A DNA stretch of 64,000 nt from Haliotis rufescens. Its lineage: Eukaryota. The DNA is taken from NCBI RefSeq assembly GCF_023055435.1, contig NW_025964013.1, positions 3,782,001 through 3,846,000 on the forward strand, written 5' to 3'. The notes under the pieces were generated by a model, which was given only the letters and a program-made list of their open reading frames with translations, was not told the origin of the DNA and ran no database searches. Below are positions 52,880 to 64,000 of this stretch, in pieces (position 1 is the stretch's first letter; the number at the start of each line of letters is the position of its first letter). The translations under genes were made by a program, and so were the position numbers.

Positions 52880-55159
52880 ATGGACCCGTTGTCAGTACTT
52901 CCCCTTCTGATGATGTGGACGGCATTAACCACTAACGGGATGAAAAACATTGGACAAGACGCATTGCAGTGCAATCCGTGTATATGCCAGAATGTCAGTG
53001 ATACGATTGTCGCTACGTGTGCGAACGTGTTCTTGGAATCCATTCCTGGGAATATTCCTGATAACATTACCCAACTCATTCTCCGAAGTAATGATTTAAC
53101 ACATCTTACAGATGGGATGTTCAGTCGCTTTGGAATTTTGCAGGTACTCGACATTTTCATGAACAAATTGGAACACATCTCTTTCAATGCATTCCTTGGT
53201 CTTGGACATTTGGTACAATTAAATCTGTCAGAGAACGCTATCAAAAACATTAACCCAGATATATTTGCACCTTTGACAAGTCTCTCAGTCCTCGATATAT
53301 CTAACAACAGAGACATCGGACTAACCGGTATTGGTAACATCACTTTGGGTGTACAGAATTTACCATTACGGAAACTCTTCATGAATCGCGTCGTTGCGGA
53401 ACATGCAGTGTGTGTAATCATAAAAACTGAATTCATACAAAATCTACAAGATACGTTTCTGGAGGAATTTCATGCTGACCAGAACTCCATTGAACTCTTT
53501 GGGAACGAAGCTTTGGTGTATTTCCCGAAATCACTTAGGAAAGTATCACTGAAGGAAAACAAATTTACCTTTGGCAAGTATTTAGCATATATTACCAGTT
53601 TAACAGGTCTAGAATACGTTGACTTGAGTGGGTTGCCCCATGCTCACGAACTACCATCTCTCGATGGTCTCGAATGGTTCACAAATGAGATGCAAGACTG
53701 TGAATCTGATAGTGATTGTGACACAAGTCGAGTCATCTCGTCAACCAACTATGCCACTAACTATGCCAATATATTTCCTCTGCACCTAATTGCCAGGGGT
53801 GACGGGAAGATAACCATTCCTATTCCCGTTCCTCCAAAACTAAAGAAACTCATTTATGCCTATTCCCAGCTACCCTTCCACATTGGTAAGCTCGCATTTT
53901 CCACTAACACGTTGGAACATGTAGATATGTCTTCCAACATCTTATCAACTTGGTCTGGTCCTGTTACTGGGCTAGAGAATATCACATTCTTGAATCTTAA
54001 TAATAATGTAGCTAAAGTAATATCTCCAGACTTTTTTCATACATTCCCGAATCTTCTAACTCTCAATGTATCTTATAACTTCATGGGTAATGTGCTGTAC
54101 AACGACAGTAATGGCACTGTTTTTCTGAACCAAAACAGACTCCAAGTACTGGACCTGCGATCAAATTTTATCCCTAATCTCATGAAGAATGTATTTAAAA
54201 GTCTCCATTCCATCAGAGTGCTAAACTTAGAAGGCAATTTCATACATCCGAATTTAGATGTAGAACTCGTACAAATGACCAACCTTGAGAGTCTTATTCT
54301 CCGCTCTAATCAAATACGGTGGCTTCCGTTGCATGTCAGACAATCACTGAGTAAACTGGCTTCGAAACGCAAGACAAACAAATTAGAGGTTGATTTGTCC
54401 CAGAACCCCATAGCCTGTACATGCTACAATTCAGACTTTCTCAAATGGATGTTGACACCCCAAATCAACTTTGGTAACCTAAGCAACTACTATTGCCTCT
54501 ACAGTAGTGGAACTTTACGTCCGCTGGACGATTTGGAGTCAGTCTACACAGAATTAGAAAAATCTTGTCATAACTATTTTGGTATTTATCTTGGTGTCGT
54601 ATCGTTGTTTGTACTAACTGCGTCTTTGATAGTCTGTAGCATTGGGTATCGGTACCGCTGGAAACTACGGTATTGGTATTATGCTGCAAGGCTGCGGTAC
54701 AGCAACACAACTGAATCAGTAAACGATCCATTATTTGAATTCGATGTTTTTGTGTCCTTCGATGACGACGATCGCGACTTTGTGGTAAATGATCTCATAA
54801 TGAAGTTGGAAGTAGAGGCAGGCTTAAGACTGAACATACACCAAAGAAACTTCAGGCCAGGTCGTCCGATTGCCGCCAATATCATGGAAGCCGTGAAAAG
54901 GAGCAAGAGAACATTGTTCGTGTTATCTCGTGGATCTCTGCAGAGCTATTGGTGTACCTATGAATTTCAAATGGCCAACATGGAGAGTGTTACCACTGGT
55001 CGGGATGTGTTGATGATCATCATGTATGAACAGATACCAACAAGAGACATTCCTGCTGAAATCCTGTATCATATGCAGACTGACTCCTACATCGAATATC
55101 CCAATGAAGGAGATACAGATGTCTTCTGGAGAACCCTAGTTGAATCACTGAATAAGTAA
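52880..55159 (+). CDS. Toll-like receptor, single-cysteine-cluster type, 759 aa, intronless CDS
   Basis: Signal peptide MDPLSVLPLLMMWTALT, LRRNT CNPCIC, multiple LxxLxLxxNxL repeats, LRRCT NPIACTC..WM..YYC..C, TM YFGIYLGVVSLFVLTASLIVCSIGY, TIR FDVFVSF / HQRNFRPG / SYWCTYE / FWRTL. Uninterrupted ORF. Confidence 0.96.
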   Translation: MDPLSVLPLLMMWTALTTNGMKNIGQDALQCNPCICQNVSDTIVATCANVFLESIPGNIPDNITQLILRSNDLTHLTDGMFSRFGILQVLDIFMNKLEHISFNAFLGLGHLVQLNLSENAIKNINPDIFAPLTSLSVLDISNNRDIGLTGIGNITLGVQNLPLRKLFMNRVVAEHAVCVIIKTEFIQNLQDTFLEEFHADQNSIELFGNEALVYFPKSLRKVSLKENKFTFGKYLAYITSLTGLEYVDLSGLPHAHELPSLDGLEWFTNEMQDCESDSDCDTSRVISSTNYATNYANIFPLHLIARGDGKITIPIPVPPKLKKLIYAYSQLPFHIGKLAFSTNTLEHVDMSSNILSTWSGPVTGLENITFLNLNNNVAKVISPDFFHTFPNLLTLNVSYNFMGNVLYNDSNGTVFLNQNRLQVLDLRSNFIPNLMKNVFKSLHSIRVLNLEGNFIHPNLDVELVQMTNLESLILRSNQIRWLPLHVRQSLSKLASKRKTNKLEVDLSQNPIACTCYNSDFLKWMLTPQINFGNLSNYYCLYSSGTLRPLDDLESVYTELEKSCHNYFGIYLGVVSLFVLTASLIVCSIGYRYRWKLRYWYYAARLRYSNTTESVNDPLFEFDVFVSFDDDDRDFVVNDLIMKLEVEAGLRLNIHQRNFRPGRPIAANIMEAVKRSKRTLFVLSRGSLQSYWCTYEFQMANMESVTTGRDVLMIIMYEQIPTRDIPAEILYHMQTDSYIEYPNEGDTDVFWRTLVESLNK

Positions 55160-55167
55160 CATAAGGC

Positions 55168-55376
55168 AAGGTGACTATGCTTGTCGTAAGAGGCGACTAA
55201 CGGGATCGGTGGTCAGGCTCGCTGACTTGATTGATGCATGTCATCGTATCCCAATTGCGTGGATCGATGCTTGTGATGTCCATCACTGGATTGTTTGGTC
55301 CGGACTCGATAATTTACATACCGCCGTCACATAGCTGGAATATTGCTGCATTAAACAACACACAAACAAACAAACA
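55168..55376 (+). mobile_element. SINE-like family B, 5'-truncated, immediately after the TLR stop
   Basis: AAGGTGACTATGCTTGTCGTAAGAGGCGACTAACGGG through the (AAAC)n tail. Confidence 0.9.
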
Positions 55377-55413
55377 CAGCTCCGGGTACAGATAGCCATG
55401 TCTTTAAACCCCT

Positions 55414-55849
55414 TATATACGTAGATATGTGCGGATTATATACGTAGATATGTGCGGATTATATGTGTAGATATGAGCGGATTATATGTGTATATATGAG
55501 CGGCTTATATGTGTAGATATGAGCGGATTATATGTGTAGATATGAGCGGATTATATGTGTAGATATGAGCGGATTATATACATAGATATGTGCGGATTAT
55601 ATGTGTAGATATGTTCGGATTATATACGTAGATATGTTCGGATTATATGTGTAGATATGTTCGGATTATATACGTAGATATGTTTGGATTATATGTGTAG
55701 ATATGTTCCGATTATATGTGTAGATATGTTCCGATTATATGTGTAGACACGTTCGGATTATATACGTAGAAAGGTGCGGATTATATACACAGGCATTTGC
55801 GGATTATATTTGTAGATATGCATGGATTATATATGTAGATATGTACGGA

Positions 55850-55850
<1 letters not shown>
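55414..55850. repeat. 23-bp minisatellite, about 19 units
   Basis: Unit TATAT(A/G)(C/T)GTAGATATG(T/A)(G/T)CGGAT. Confidence 0.95.

Positions 55851-55851
<1 letters not shown>

Positions 55852-55904
<53 letters not shown>
55852..55904. repeat. (CA)n microsatellite
   Basis: About 26 perfect units. Confidence 0.97.
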
Positions 55905-55909
<5 letters not shown>

Positions 55910-56902
55910 ACAAAACAATTTTCACCACACACTATAATTTGACCGTGTAATCCTCAAGGCATGAAGCGTTACATATCCGCATTGAAGTGTGTGACAATGC
56001 CACAATATTTCTTGCGGATCTATATTAACAACATGTTCGCGGTGTTTTAATTTCCTGTTTCAGAATCAGCTTTGTTCTGCTGTTGTTTCTCTAGATCTCT
56101 CTCTCCAATTCATATTCAGTACACATTGTTGTATTTGCGCTTGGAAATAAAACAAATTCTATTTTAAATTCATGGTTTGTGATTATAAGACTTAAGGATT
56201 GACTGTGGATATTTTTCGATTCATTGAGGAATGAATCGATGTGCAATCTGTATAAATCCGCGTATTGGTTTCTTACAAACGTTTGCACATCGGTGTCTCC
56301 ATTCATACCTTTTTCAATCCTTTTAATTAAATTCGACAACGAAACCATCTGTTATCTTCAATAGTTTAACCAACTATAGTTTCATATATCAAAGCAGACA
56401 AAAATGACGAGATTTATAAACATTCGAGGTGTAGTTATACATACTGTGGCGTGACATGAATCGGGTGATTGTTCAATTATGCACATAACTTGACACATCC
56501 ATAAAGTCAGTAGTCAATCAACGGAGAGTAGGATCAAAAGTTCATGGGACCTGTCAATCATGGCAAGAGGCGAGACGAACCACAACAGTCAGACTGTAAA
56601 ATACCGAGACAAATATGTCCGGGAGAAAGCGGTAGTTTCAACTGACTTGGTCAGTTACCGCCATTTTTAAACATTAGTCCCAAGAGAATGGACACACACA
56701 GTTGGAACAATGCAGGTTAGAAAAGAAACTCGAAGACATGAAATTTGTGGAACCCAGGCGAGCGGACAAAAATCAGGCGAGCGAGCCTGAACGTTTGCTG
56801 TTGCATTCCTTCTCGGCCTTCGGTCTCAAAGGGTAGTTTGGACAATAAATATGCATGAATTTTGCTAAATGTCCTGTGCGTGACGATACACGTGAGCAGA
56901 AA

Positions 56903-57160
56903 GGTTGCTTGGTTGGTTGTTTAACGCCGCACTCACCAATATTCCACCTATATGACGGCGGTCTGTACATAATCGAGTCTGGACCAGGCAATCCAGTGAT
57001 TGATTTCATGAGCATCGATCCATGCAATTAGGATCGATGGCATGCATCAATCAAGTCAGACCACCCGATCCCGTTAGTCGCCTCTTTCGACAAGCATAGT
57101 CGCCTTTTACGGCAAGTATGGGTTGCTGATAACCTATTCTACCCCGGATTTTCACGGGTG
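56903..57160 (-). mobile_element. SINE-like family B
   Basis: 11-bp TSD GTGAGCAGAAA (56892-56902 and 57161-57171). Reverse complement starts CACCCGTGAAAATCCGGGGTAGAATAGG. Confidence 0.92.
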
Positions 57161-57844
57161 GTGAGCAGAAAAGGAATTCCCTTGACTGTAATATGGGGTG
57201 GATGTGGCTTATTTTTTTACATTCATTAAGAAATGGATGCAATAACACGTGACCAATTCAGCGATGAGAATACAGGAATTACAATCGACACAACGGGAAT
57301 TTAATTATATAAATGAGTGAGTGAGTGAACTTTTACCACCAAGGTACCCTACCTCTTAGAGAACAGAATATCGTGGTATCTGTGACATCTGTGAATCACA
57401 TCTGTTCTACTCGGCAATAACTAGATAGCAAACTTTTCCCGGTAAGTCTGAGATGACAAGGTGTGTGATGTGTATAAGATGGCATACAGTCAAAAGAAAT
57501 AACCCGATCACATAGCAATAAACACGGATAATTGTAACACAGCTGGGGATGTCGTACATTGTATATCATCAATTGCAGTCTGCCTTGGCCAGAAGGGGCC
57601 GTTGCAGGCCGTTGTTCTGACGTGATATCTAATAAGGATAACAATTATTTAGGAATTAGAGCTATTGATTTCAATATCAAAGACAATCCAGTATTTGTTA
57701 GATTGTTAATAGGAACACCATTGAACTCCCCTCCTTTACTAGGGGTCAAGGTGCAATAACGAAGATCGTGCTTCTATCGCCTCTCATAGTTCGACATGAT
57801 ACACACGAATCTAAGCGTGAACTATTACGCGAAAGTGAACACAA

Positions 57845-57879
<35 letters not shown>

Positions 57880-58169
57880 ATGTATATACCGTACAACTGG
57901 AAATTAATGCTTCTCCACATTAATACGACTGCTGACCCCTAGCCCAAAATGTTACACCTGCTGCTCAATAAACCGTGTTTGTGTTAGTATTCAAGTTGGT
58001 ATTTCCACTATCCAAAGTGTGCAGTGAGGCCGTCTTATTATTGATAGTCATTTTTTAGACATAAATGCGGGTAATTAATGCGAGCAAAGGTCACTCGCGT
58101 TTTTCATATTTAGTTTACGCTCGCGTTAATTTCGAGATTTACAGCATATGTTTTATTATCATAGCGGAG

Positions 58170-58326
58170 GAGTGAGTGAGTATGGTTTTAAGCCGCTCTT
58201 ATCAATATTCCAGCAATACCACGATGAGAGACCACAGAAAATGGCTTTTTACCTTTGTGAGGAATCGAACCCAGGTCGTCGGTGTGACGATCGAACGTTT
58301 TAACCACTTGGCTACCCCTCTGCCCC
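58170..58326 (-). mobile_element. SINE family A
   Basis: (GAGT)n tail on the left, GGAATCGAACC B box and GGCTACCCC..GCCCC head on the right. Confidence 0.85.
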
Positions 58327-59486
58327 AGAGCGACAGAATCACGGGTGGTAGCTGAACAGCTCGTGTGCCATTTCCCTTATCTTCCTGTTTCTAGTTTGAT
58401 TCTAGTCTTAACTTACACAATATAGTGATGGTATAATATTCAATGGCAGTATACAAAATGATATGATCAAATGCAAAAATACAGTGGTGAAAGCAAAAGT
58501 CAGTCATAATAGTATATTCCCCCTGCGGCGACAGCGGTCAAGCTTCCGAGATGGGTCTAAGCTAGGAATCCGGGGTAATAAGTGATCACAGGAAAGCAGG
58601 TCTTGATGTAATGAAACGTGAAATATGAAGTGTGATAGAAATAAGAGGCATGCTCTTGTTCCCTTATATGCAGTCTAAATAGCATCTGGAAATTTCCACA
58701 CACTGCCAGACCAGTTTAACGGTCCGCCTTTTGCACATTTCGCAATGTACTTCTGAAACGAAGTCAAAGAACACACGATTTTTTTCATATTTCCTTTGTC
58801 AATCTGCCATGGCATGACAATTTGACTGGAGTAAGTAGAGTATTATGCATCAGAGTCAACCAGAGTACCGGCTATATATGAGCTCATGCAACTCATTGAA
58901 CAAGCTTACATACAACGAACAAGTTTAGACACAAGTGTTACATGTCGACTTCCAAATTGAAACAATAAGTTAACCCAGAAATCTTTACGTAAGAGAATTC
59001 AGTGTGAAACCAACGAACAGCATATGGTATACAATTAACAGGTGTATATTAAAACAGACTAGATTTACAAATCAATACAAATTACTGCAAAACAATTGCA
59101 ATAGAGTGGTAGCACAAACTCCAATGTGCAGTATACAATAGGATAGCAGTTGTAATAACATTCACCTAGAGCAATAGTCAAGCTTCCAAAATAGGCCTAG
59201 GGTGGGTAACCAGCGCACTAACAATGATCTTCACACATTCGTTGGCCTTGATGTGATGTGAGATGAAAGAGGCACGCCCTTGCCCCCTTATATAAATCCC
59301 TTGATGCAGGTTCTGTATAGTGCCGGGTTACTCTAGCTGTTGTAGAAGATTCCAGATTACACTTGACTCCACAAGCATCTGAATATAGTAACGTCCACAC
59401 CACTGACCCCATAAGATAGTAAAACCATTCCTAAGACACAATGCTATGAGCTTCTACTGAATCTCAACAGAAACGATTACAACATT

Positions 59487-59553
59487 GAGGAATCAAATCC
59501 GGGCCTTCGGCGTGAAGAGCCTAGGCGTAACCACAAGGCTACCCCACCGCCCC
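59487..59553 (-). mobile_element. SINE family A head fragment
   Basis: GGAATCAAATCCGGGCCTTCGGCGTGA...AACCACAAGGCTACCCCACCGCCC. Confidence 0.75.
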
Positions 59554-60311
59554 TCATCGATTAGAGCTGCTATCAACTCCGATATACGATTGACGTCATG
59601 CTAATCCTCTGACAGAGATGGGTGTATAAGGTGCAATGGCTAAAGATGATGGACCGTGGCCTTCACGTGATAGTCAAACCCGGTTTGTCCCGTGCATCAC
59701 GTTTGTGTCGTGTGACTCGGGAGTAGCAGCGTCATTCTTGTGCATCTCGTCTCAATTTGAGGGCATCATGATCACGCTGTGTGTCTGTCTCTCACGTCCA
59801 CGCATTAGCGGAATGTCGGCTGGTTTGAAAAGCCATGGTGTCGTCATGTAAGGTGTCATGCTCTTTTAAGATTCGTGCGCTAATTGAAATAGATGCTACA
59901 ACGTCTGTTTTTGTGACCTGTCTTAACAAAGAGTAATATTTTCGAAGCGTTTGATGTTTTCAACATGGTAGATTCTAAAGTATCTTGGCCCACTATTCAG
60001 AGTCATCAAGTAGCAAACTACCCACCAGATAATATCGCCAGCTCTGAAATGAACATCCAATCTAGTGCTTGTTTGCCGGTGGTGACTCCATGACAACCGC
60101 AACCAAATCATCATTACAAGGAACTAGCGTTAAAAGAGAGCATTATCTTGACATGAACAGGAGGACGTACATTGGCGCCATCGACCGACATCAGAGAGAT
60201 TTAACACCTTTCATGAATAAGTATAATTTCAAATTACCGTCTTCTCATACATGTCCGTATCTTATAAGTTATTTATTCTTATCACCACAATGATTCTTTT
60301 TCGTGTTTTCA

Positions 60312-60466
60312 TGAGTATGGTTTTACGCAACTTTTAGCAAAACTCCCGCAATATCACAGCGGGGTACTCCAGAAATGGGCTTCACACATTGCACCCATGT
60401 CGGGAATCGAACCCATGTCTTTGACATGCCGAGCGAACACTTTTACCACAAGGCTACCCCACCGCT
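60312..60466 (-). mobile_element. SINE family A
   Basis: Reverse complement aligns with 36286-36447 over its full length. Confidence 0.88.
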
Positions 60467-60493
60467 GACCCTCTTTTCTCCATGAAAATAACA

Positions 60494-61984
60494 TACACTC
60501 TTCAAAATACGAAACACACAGGTGATATGTAGTTCACTGAACCTGACTTCACAAAACATCCGGTATATAAATTGGATATATGTTATTGGAAAATGTTGGT
60601 GGCCTGATATTCGACAAGCGGTAAGTCTAAACGCAGCCATTGTCGATTTGCAATGTCTTAAACGGCATTGTTTTCACGCTTGTTCAAAAATGACATGGAG
60701 GAATACAGTTAAGCAAAATCAACGTGAAAGTTACGGTATTCGTAACTCGGGCAAGCATAAGCCAATAATTTGTCATTCAATTGTCAACAGTTTTCAAGTT
60801 CGAAAATGCCGAGACTAAGCGCTGCCGATCGGAACATCGCCATAGAACGTATCCAAAGAGGGGATCGCAATCTTCTGTTGCACGCCACTTCAAACTCCAC
60901 CACAGCACCATTTGCTTTGATACACACAGTTCAATTCCACTGCGGACCGCCCGAGAACAGGCCGACCAAGAGTTACCACCCCTGCACAGGATCGCTACCT
61001 TCCACCTAACGTCATCACTATGCCACTGCAGGACGCATCACTGGTTTGAGGAGGATATCGGACCAGACTGTCAGGAACCATCTTCGCGAGCCTGGAATCC
61101 GACTCAGAAGATCAGTTGTCGTCCCTGTTTTGCAACAGATCCATCGACAGCGACGCTTGCGATGGTGCCATACCTTACAGCCTTGGAATTTGGGAAACTG
61201 GAGACGAGTGTGGTTTAGCGATGAATCACGATTTTTTCTTCACCGGCTTGATGGAAGACAACGTGTTTATCGTCGTCGAAATGATCGTTTTGTCACACAC
61301 TGTGTACGTTAATTCGACAAATGCTGTGGCGGTAGTGTCATGGTGTGGGGGGCCATATCCTACACCACGAGATCTGACTTGGTTGTGGTTCAGGGAAATT
61401 TGACAGCAAATCACTACATGAATCAAATTCTTCAACCTCACCTTCTTCCAATCATTGACCGCCAGAGGGAGCTGTTTCAACAGAAGAACGCTCCACCACA
61501 CACAGCTCGTGTCACGGTAGACTACCTTCATAATGCCAACATCAACATTTTGCCCTGGCCGTCGAGATCACAACCCAATCGAACACCTCTGGGATGAATT
61601 CGGTCGACCTTTTACGTCAACGTCCGAACACGCCGCAGACACTCCCACAACTGGCCAACGTGTTACAAGCAGAACGGCGCAGAGTTCCGCAGGACAGAAT
61701 TTGTACACTTATCCAGTCAGTGCCGGGGAGATCCAGAGCCGTGATTGCTACCCGGGGCGGTCACACGAGATACTGAGTTCAGCGCAACCTTGTGGCCTTA
61801 TGTGACATGACAATGAACAGTTTTCAATGCCTTTGTACAACGACAACATGTGACTATCGAGCTCCAAAATTTCAGTTTTGTGTCTATGGTATGGTATGGT
61901 ATGGTAAATTAAGTATATCGACTTTATTAGGTACAATAAATTTACTAAAAATTTACCTGTGCGTTTCTTTGTTTGAAGAGTGTA
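60494..61984 (+). mobile_element. Tc1 element with both TIRs, decayed transposase (60806-61776)
   Basis: Imperfect 25-bp TIRs (TACACTCTTCAAAATACGAAACACA and TGCGTTTCTTTGTTTGAAGAGTGTA). MPRLSAADRNIAI, WFSDESRF, MVWGAIS, NPIEHLWDE, GGHTRY*. Confidence 0.93.
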
Positions 61985-63904
61985 TATTATTAGATAACGA
62001 AAGCTGTGAATCAGTGGGGGGACAAAACACTTGTGTAAAATGGAGGAAGGGTTATTTCCCTATGGCTTATGGTCTGCCTTTATCTCTTTGGTTTTATATA
62101 GGTTACAAAAGCTTCTGAAGGAAACTACTGATATTAATCATAATAAAGCAAATATCCTGATGTATGAATGCTGCACTGACACGACAATCATTCTCGATCT
62201 GACTTGCTTGATAATGACTTCTTTTTCCATTAAACCCAATGCGTGTTCTACTTGCCACGCGTGGCTTCAGATTCACAAAGGACCATGCACACAAATATCC
62301 ACTCTGATGATTGTGTAACGTTTGTGTAACACCGCATTCACATTATAGCTGCCATTCAATGCCAGTGGAGGAAACCTGCTGCATGTTATACACGCATGTG
62401 TTGTACGGAAAGTCGACACTTGGTTATTTGCATGGATTCATTTGTCAGACACTCGTCATGTGACTGCCTCGACTAACATATTTAGACGATTAAATAGCAT
62501 GAACAAGTGACAGGATGCAGCATAAAATTTCTATTAACTTGCAATGACTCTTAAAATAGAATATGAACCGTGGTTAAATGCAATTTTCGCTATAAACGGC
62601 TCACATATTTTGACCTTTGTAGGGTTGCATTACCATAGTAAATCTTTGAATTGTTTGATAAACATTTCTTATAAGTTGCCGAATGGCAATGTGGACACAA
62701 ATTATGGATAACAACCTCTTTATTTACTGTAATGGCTTGCTACTTCATACATTTTTTTAAAGATTATTAGTATTATGTCATTTTTTGTCAATAGTACACA
62801 TGACATTTTATTCAAAATATCACTTAACCGTTTAATGTTGACACAAAAATTGAATTAAATTGAAGCATTTCATGTAATTTAGGGCGGAAGTGGAGGTGAA
62901 GTTGTTGTCGGGTGGGTGTGGTGGGGTTAGTGTGAATGGGACGCTGGTGTCAGGTATGGCGGAATTAGCAGAGTTAAAGCCCATTAAAACTATCAAAGAC
63001 CGCTGCAAGTAGATCTTACAATCACATCCCACACCAATCACAGCCCATCACATGTTGTGTTGTATGCCACAGGACAACATTCCTCAACAATGCAACTGAA
63101 GCGCACTATAATAATCTGCGTGTATTGCGGTATTGCGAAGCTGTTGAGCTTGACCATGGCGAAGCCAGTAAAATTGGATATTGCACAATGGGTACTCGGA
63201 TATGTCGGATATGTAAAAAAATATATAGTTTGGTGTTCGAGTGTTATGGTGAGTGTGTGTCGCGCCCATGTAGATCTACTGTGAAAGTTGTTTTCTGTTT
63301 CTCAATGGTCTGCCATGCCCTCCAAAAATTATCGCTATTCATGAATAAACAGGTGTGTCAACGAGTCAGATATACTTTATACATTTTGGCATGAGATTCC
63401 TCAAGTGATGTGCTGGAACTTACCATAGATGACTGTGTTCTTTTGTATTAAGGTCAGATGTCTTTTTCAGCTTTAGCTGCAAAACCAAATATTTAAAAAA
63501 ATAAATAAATAATGAGCTATTTTTTAAATACATCGCAGCAATGTAATTTTTATTACAATAATATGAAGAACAATTATTTTTTTCAAGAAGTCTCAGGGAC
63601 AATCTTTTTTTCGATAATATCCTGGCCCTTCTGGGATACTAAATGGCCCAGTGGACGGTAATGCCAAACCACAAAGGGTCTGACTCGTTTAATTTGGGTT
63701 AAAGCTTTGTTACCTCTATAATGCACCTTCTGTGTTGTGTTTATCAGTACATTTACTCGAATGTAAACCATTTAAGATCCTACGAGTATATGACGACAAT
63801 CATGTCTGTGATAGTGAGGTGCCTCTTGTGTGTACACAATTCATTTGGGATATACTGATGCATCTTGTCAGTTATAAATCCCGGTAGGTATATTGTGATT
63901 CATT

Positions 63905-64000
63905 ATGTTTGTGGGAGACTTCGGAACTCTGGGATATACAGCTGCATCTTATGCCGTGATGCAACATGTTTGTGGGAGACGTCCGAACTCTGGGATATAC
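63905..64000. repeat. Start of a tandem repeat (about 61-bp period), running off the window
   Basis: ATGTTTGTGGGAGACNTCNGAACTCTGGGATATAC at 63905 and 63966. Confidence 0.7.

Noticed and set aside
52843-53436. Long antisense ORFs over TLR ectodomains (also 22975-23556)
   Set aside because: Shadow frames of the sense LRR coding sequence, with no recognisable domain.
55414-55850. CRISPR-like array
   Set aside because: The repeats are contiguous with no unique spacers, there are no cas genes, and the context is eukaryotic.

Overview
This is AT-rich, repeat-dense animal genomic DNA. The TLR type and SINE repertoire suggest a mollusc, possibly a gastropod; that is inference. The only intact host gene I can support is a single-coding-exon Toll-like receptor (52880-55159, +; signal peptide, LRRNT, LRRs, LRRCT, TM, TIR). 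It is preceded by two co-oriented TLR pseudogenes (22868-25021 and 33086-35261), forming a birth-and-death TLR cluster. The three copies show patchwork identity: near-identical LRRCT and C-terminal TIR blocks, but diverged ectodomains. The rest is transposon debris. There are at least 8 Tc1 (DD34E-type) copies or fragments, three with recognisable TIR pairs, one of them nested in a LINE. There are R4/Dong-like RLE LINE fragments associated with (TAA)n, and an internally deleted FLYWCH-MULE element carried on a recent 3.04-kb tandem duplication. Three SINE-like families (my labels A, B, C) share one 3' tail; family B has no tRNA head yet a fixed 5' end. There is also a 2.3-kb 18-bp satellite, a 23-bp minisatellite and several microsatellites. 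I found no rRNA, true tRNA, CRISPR array or prokaryotic features. All comparisons were made by eye, and boundaries of decayed elements are approximate.
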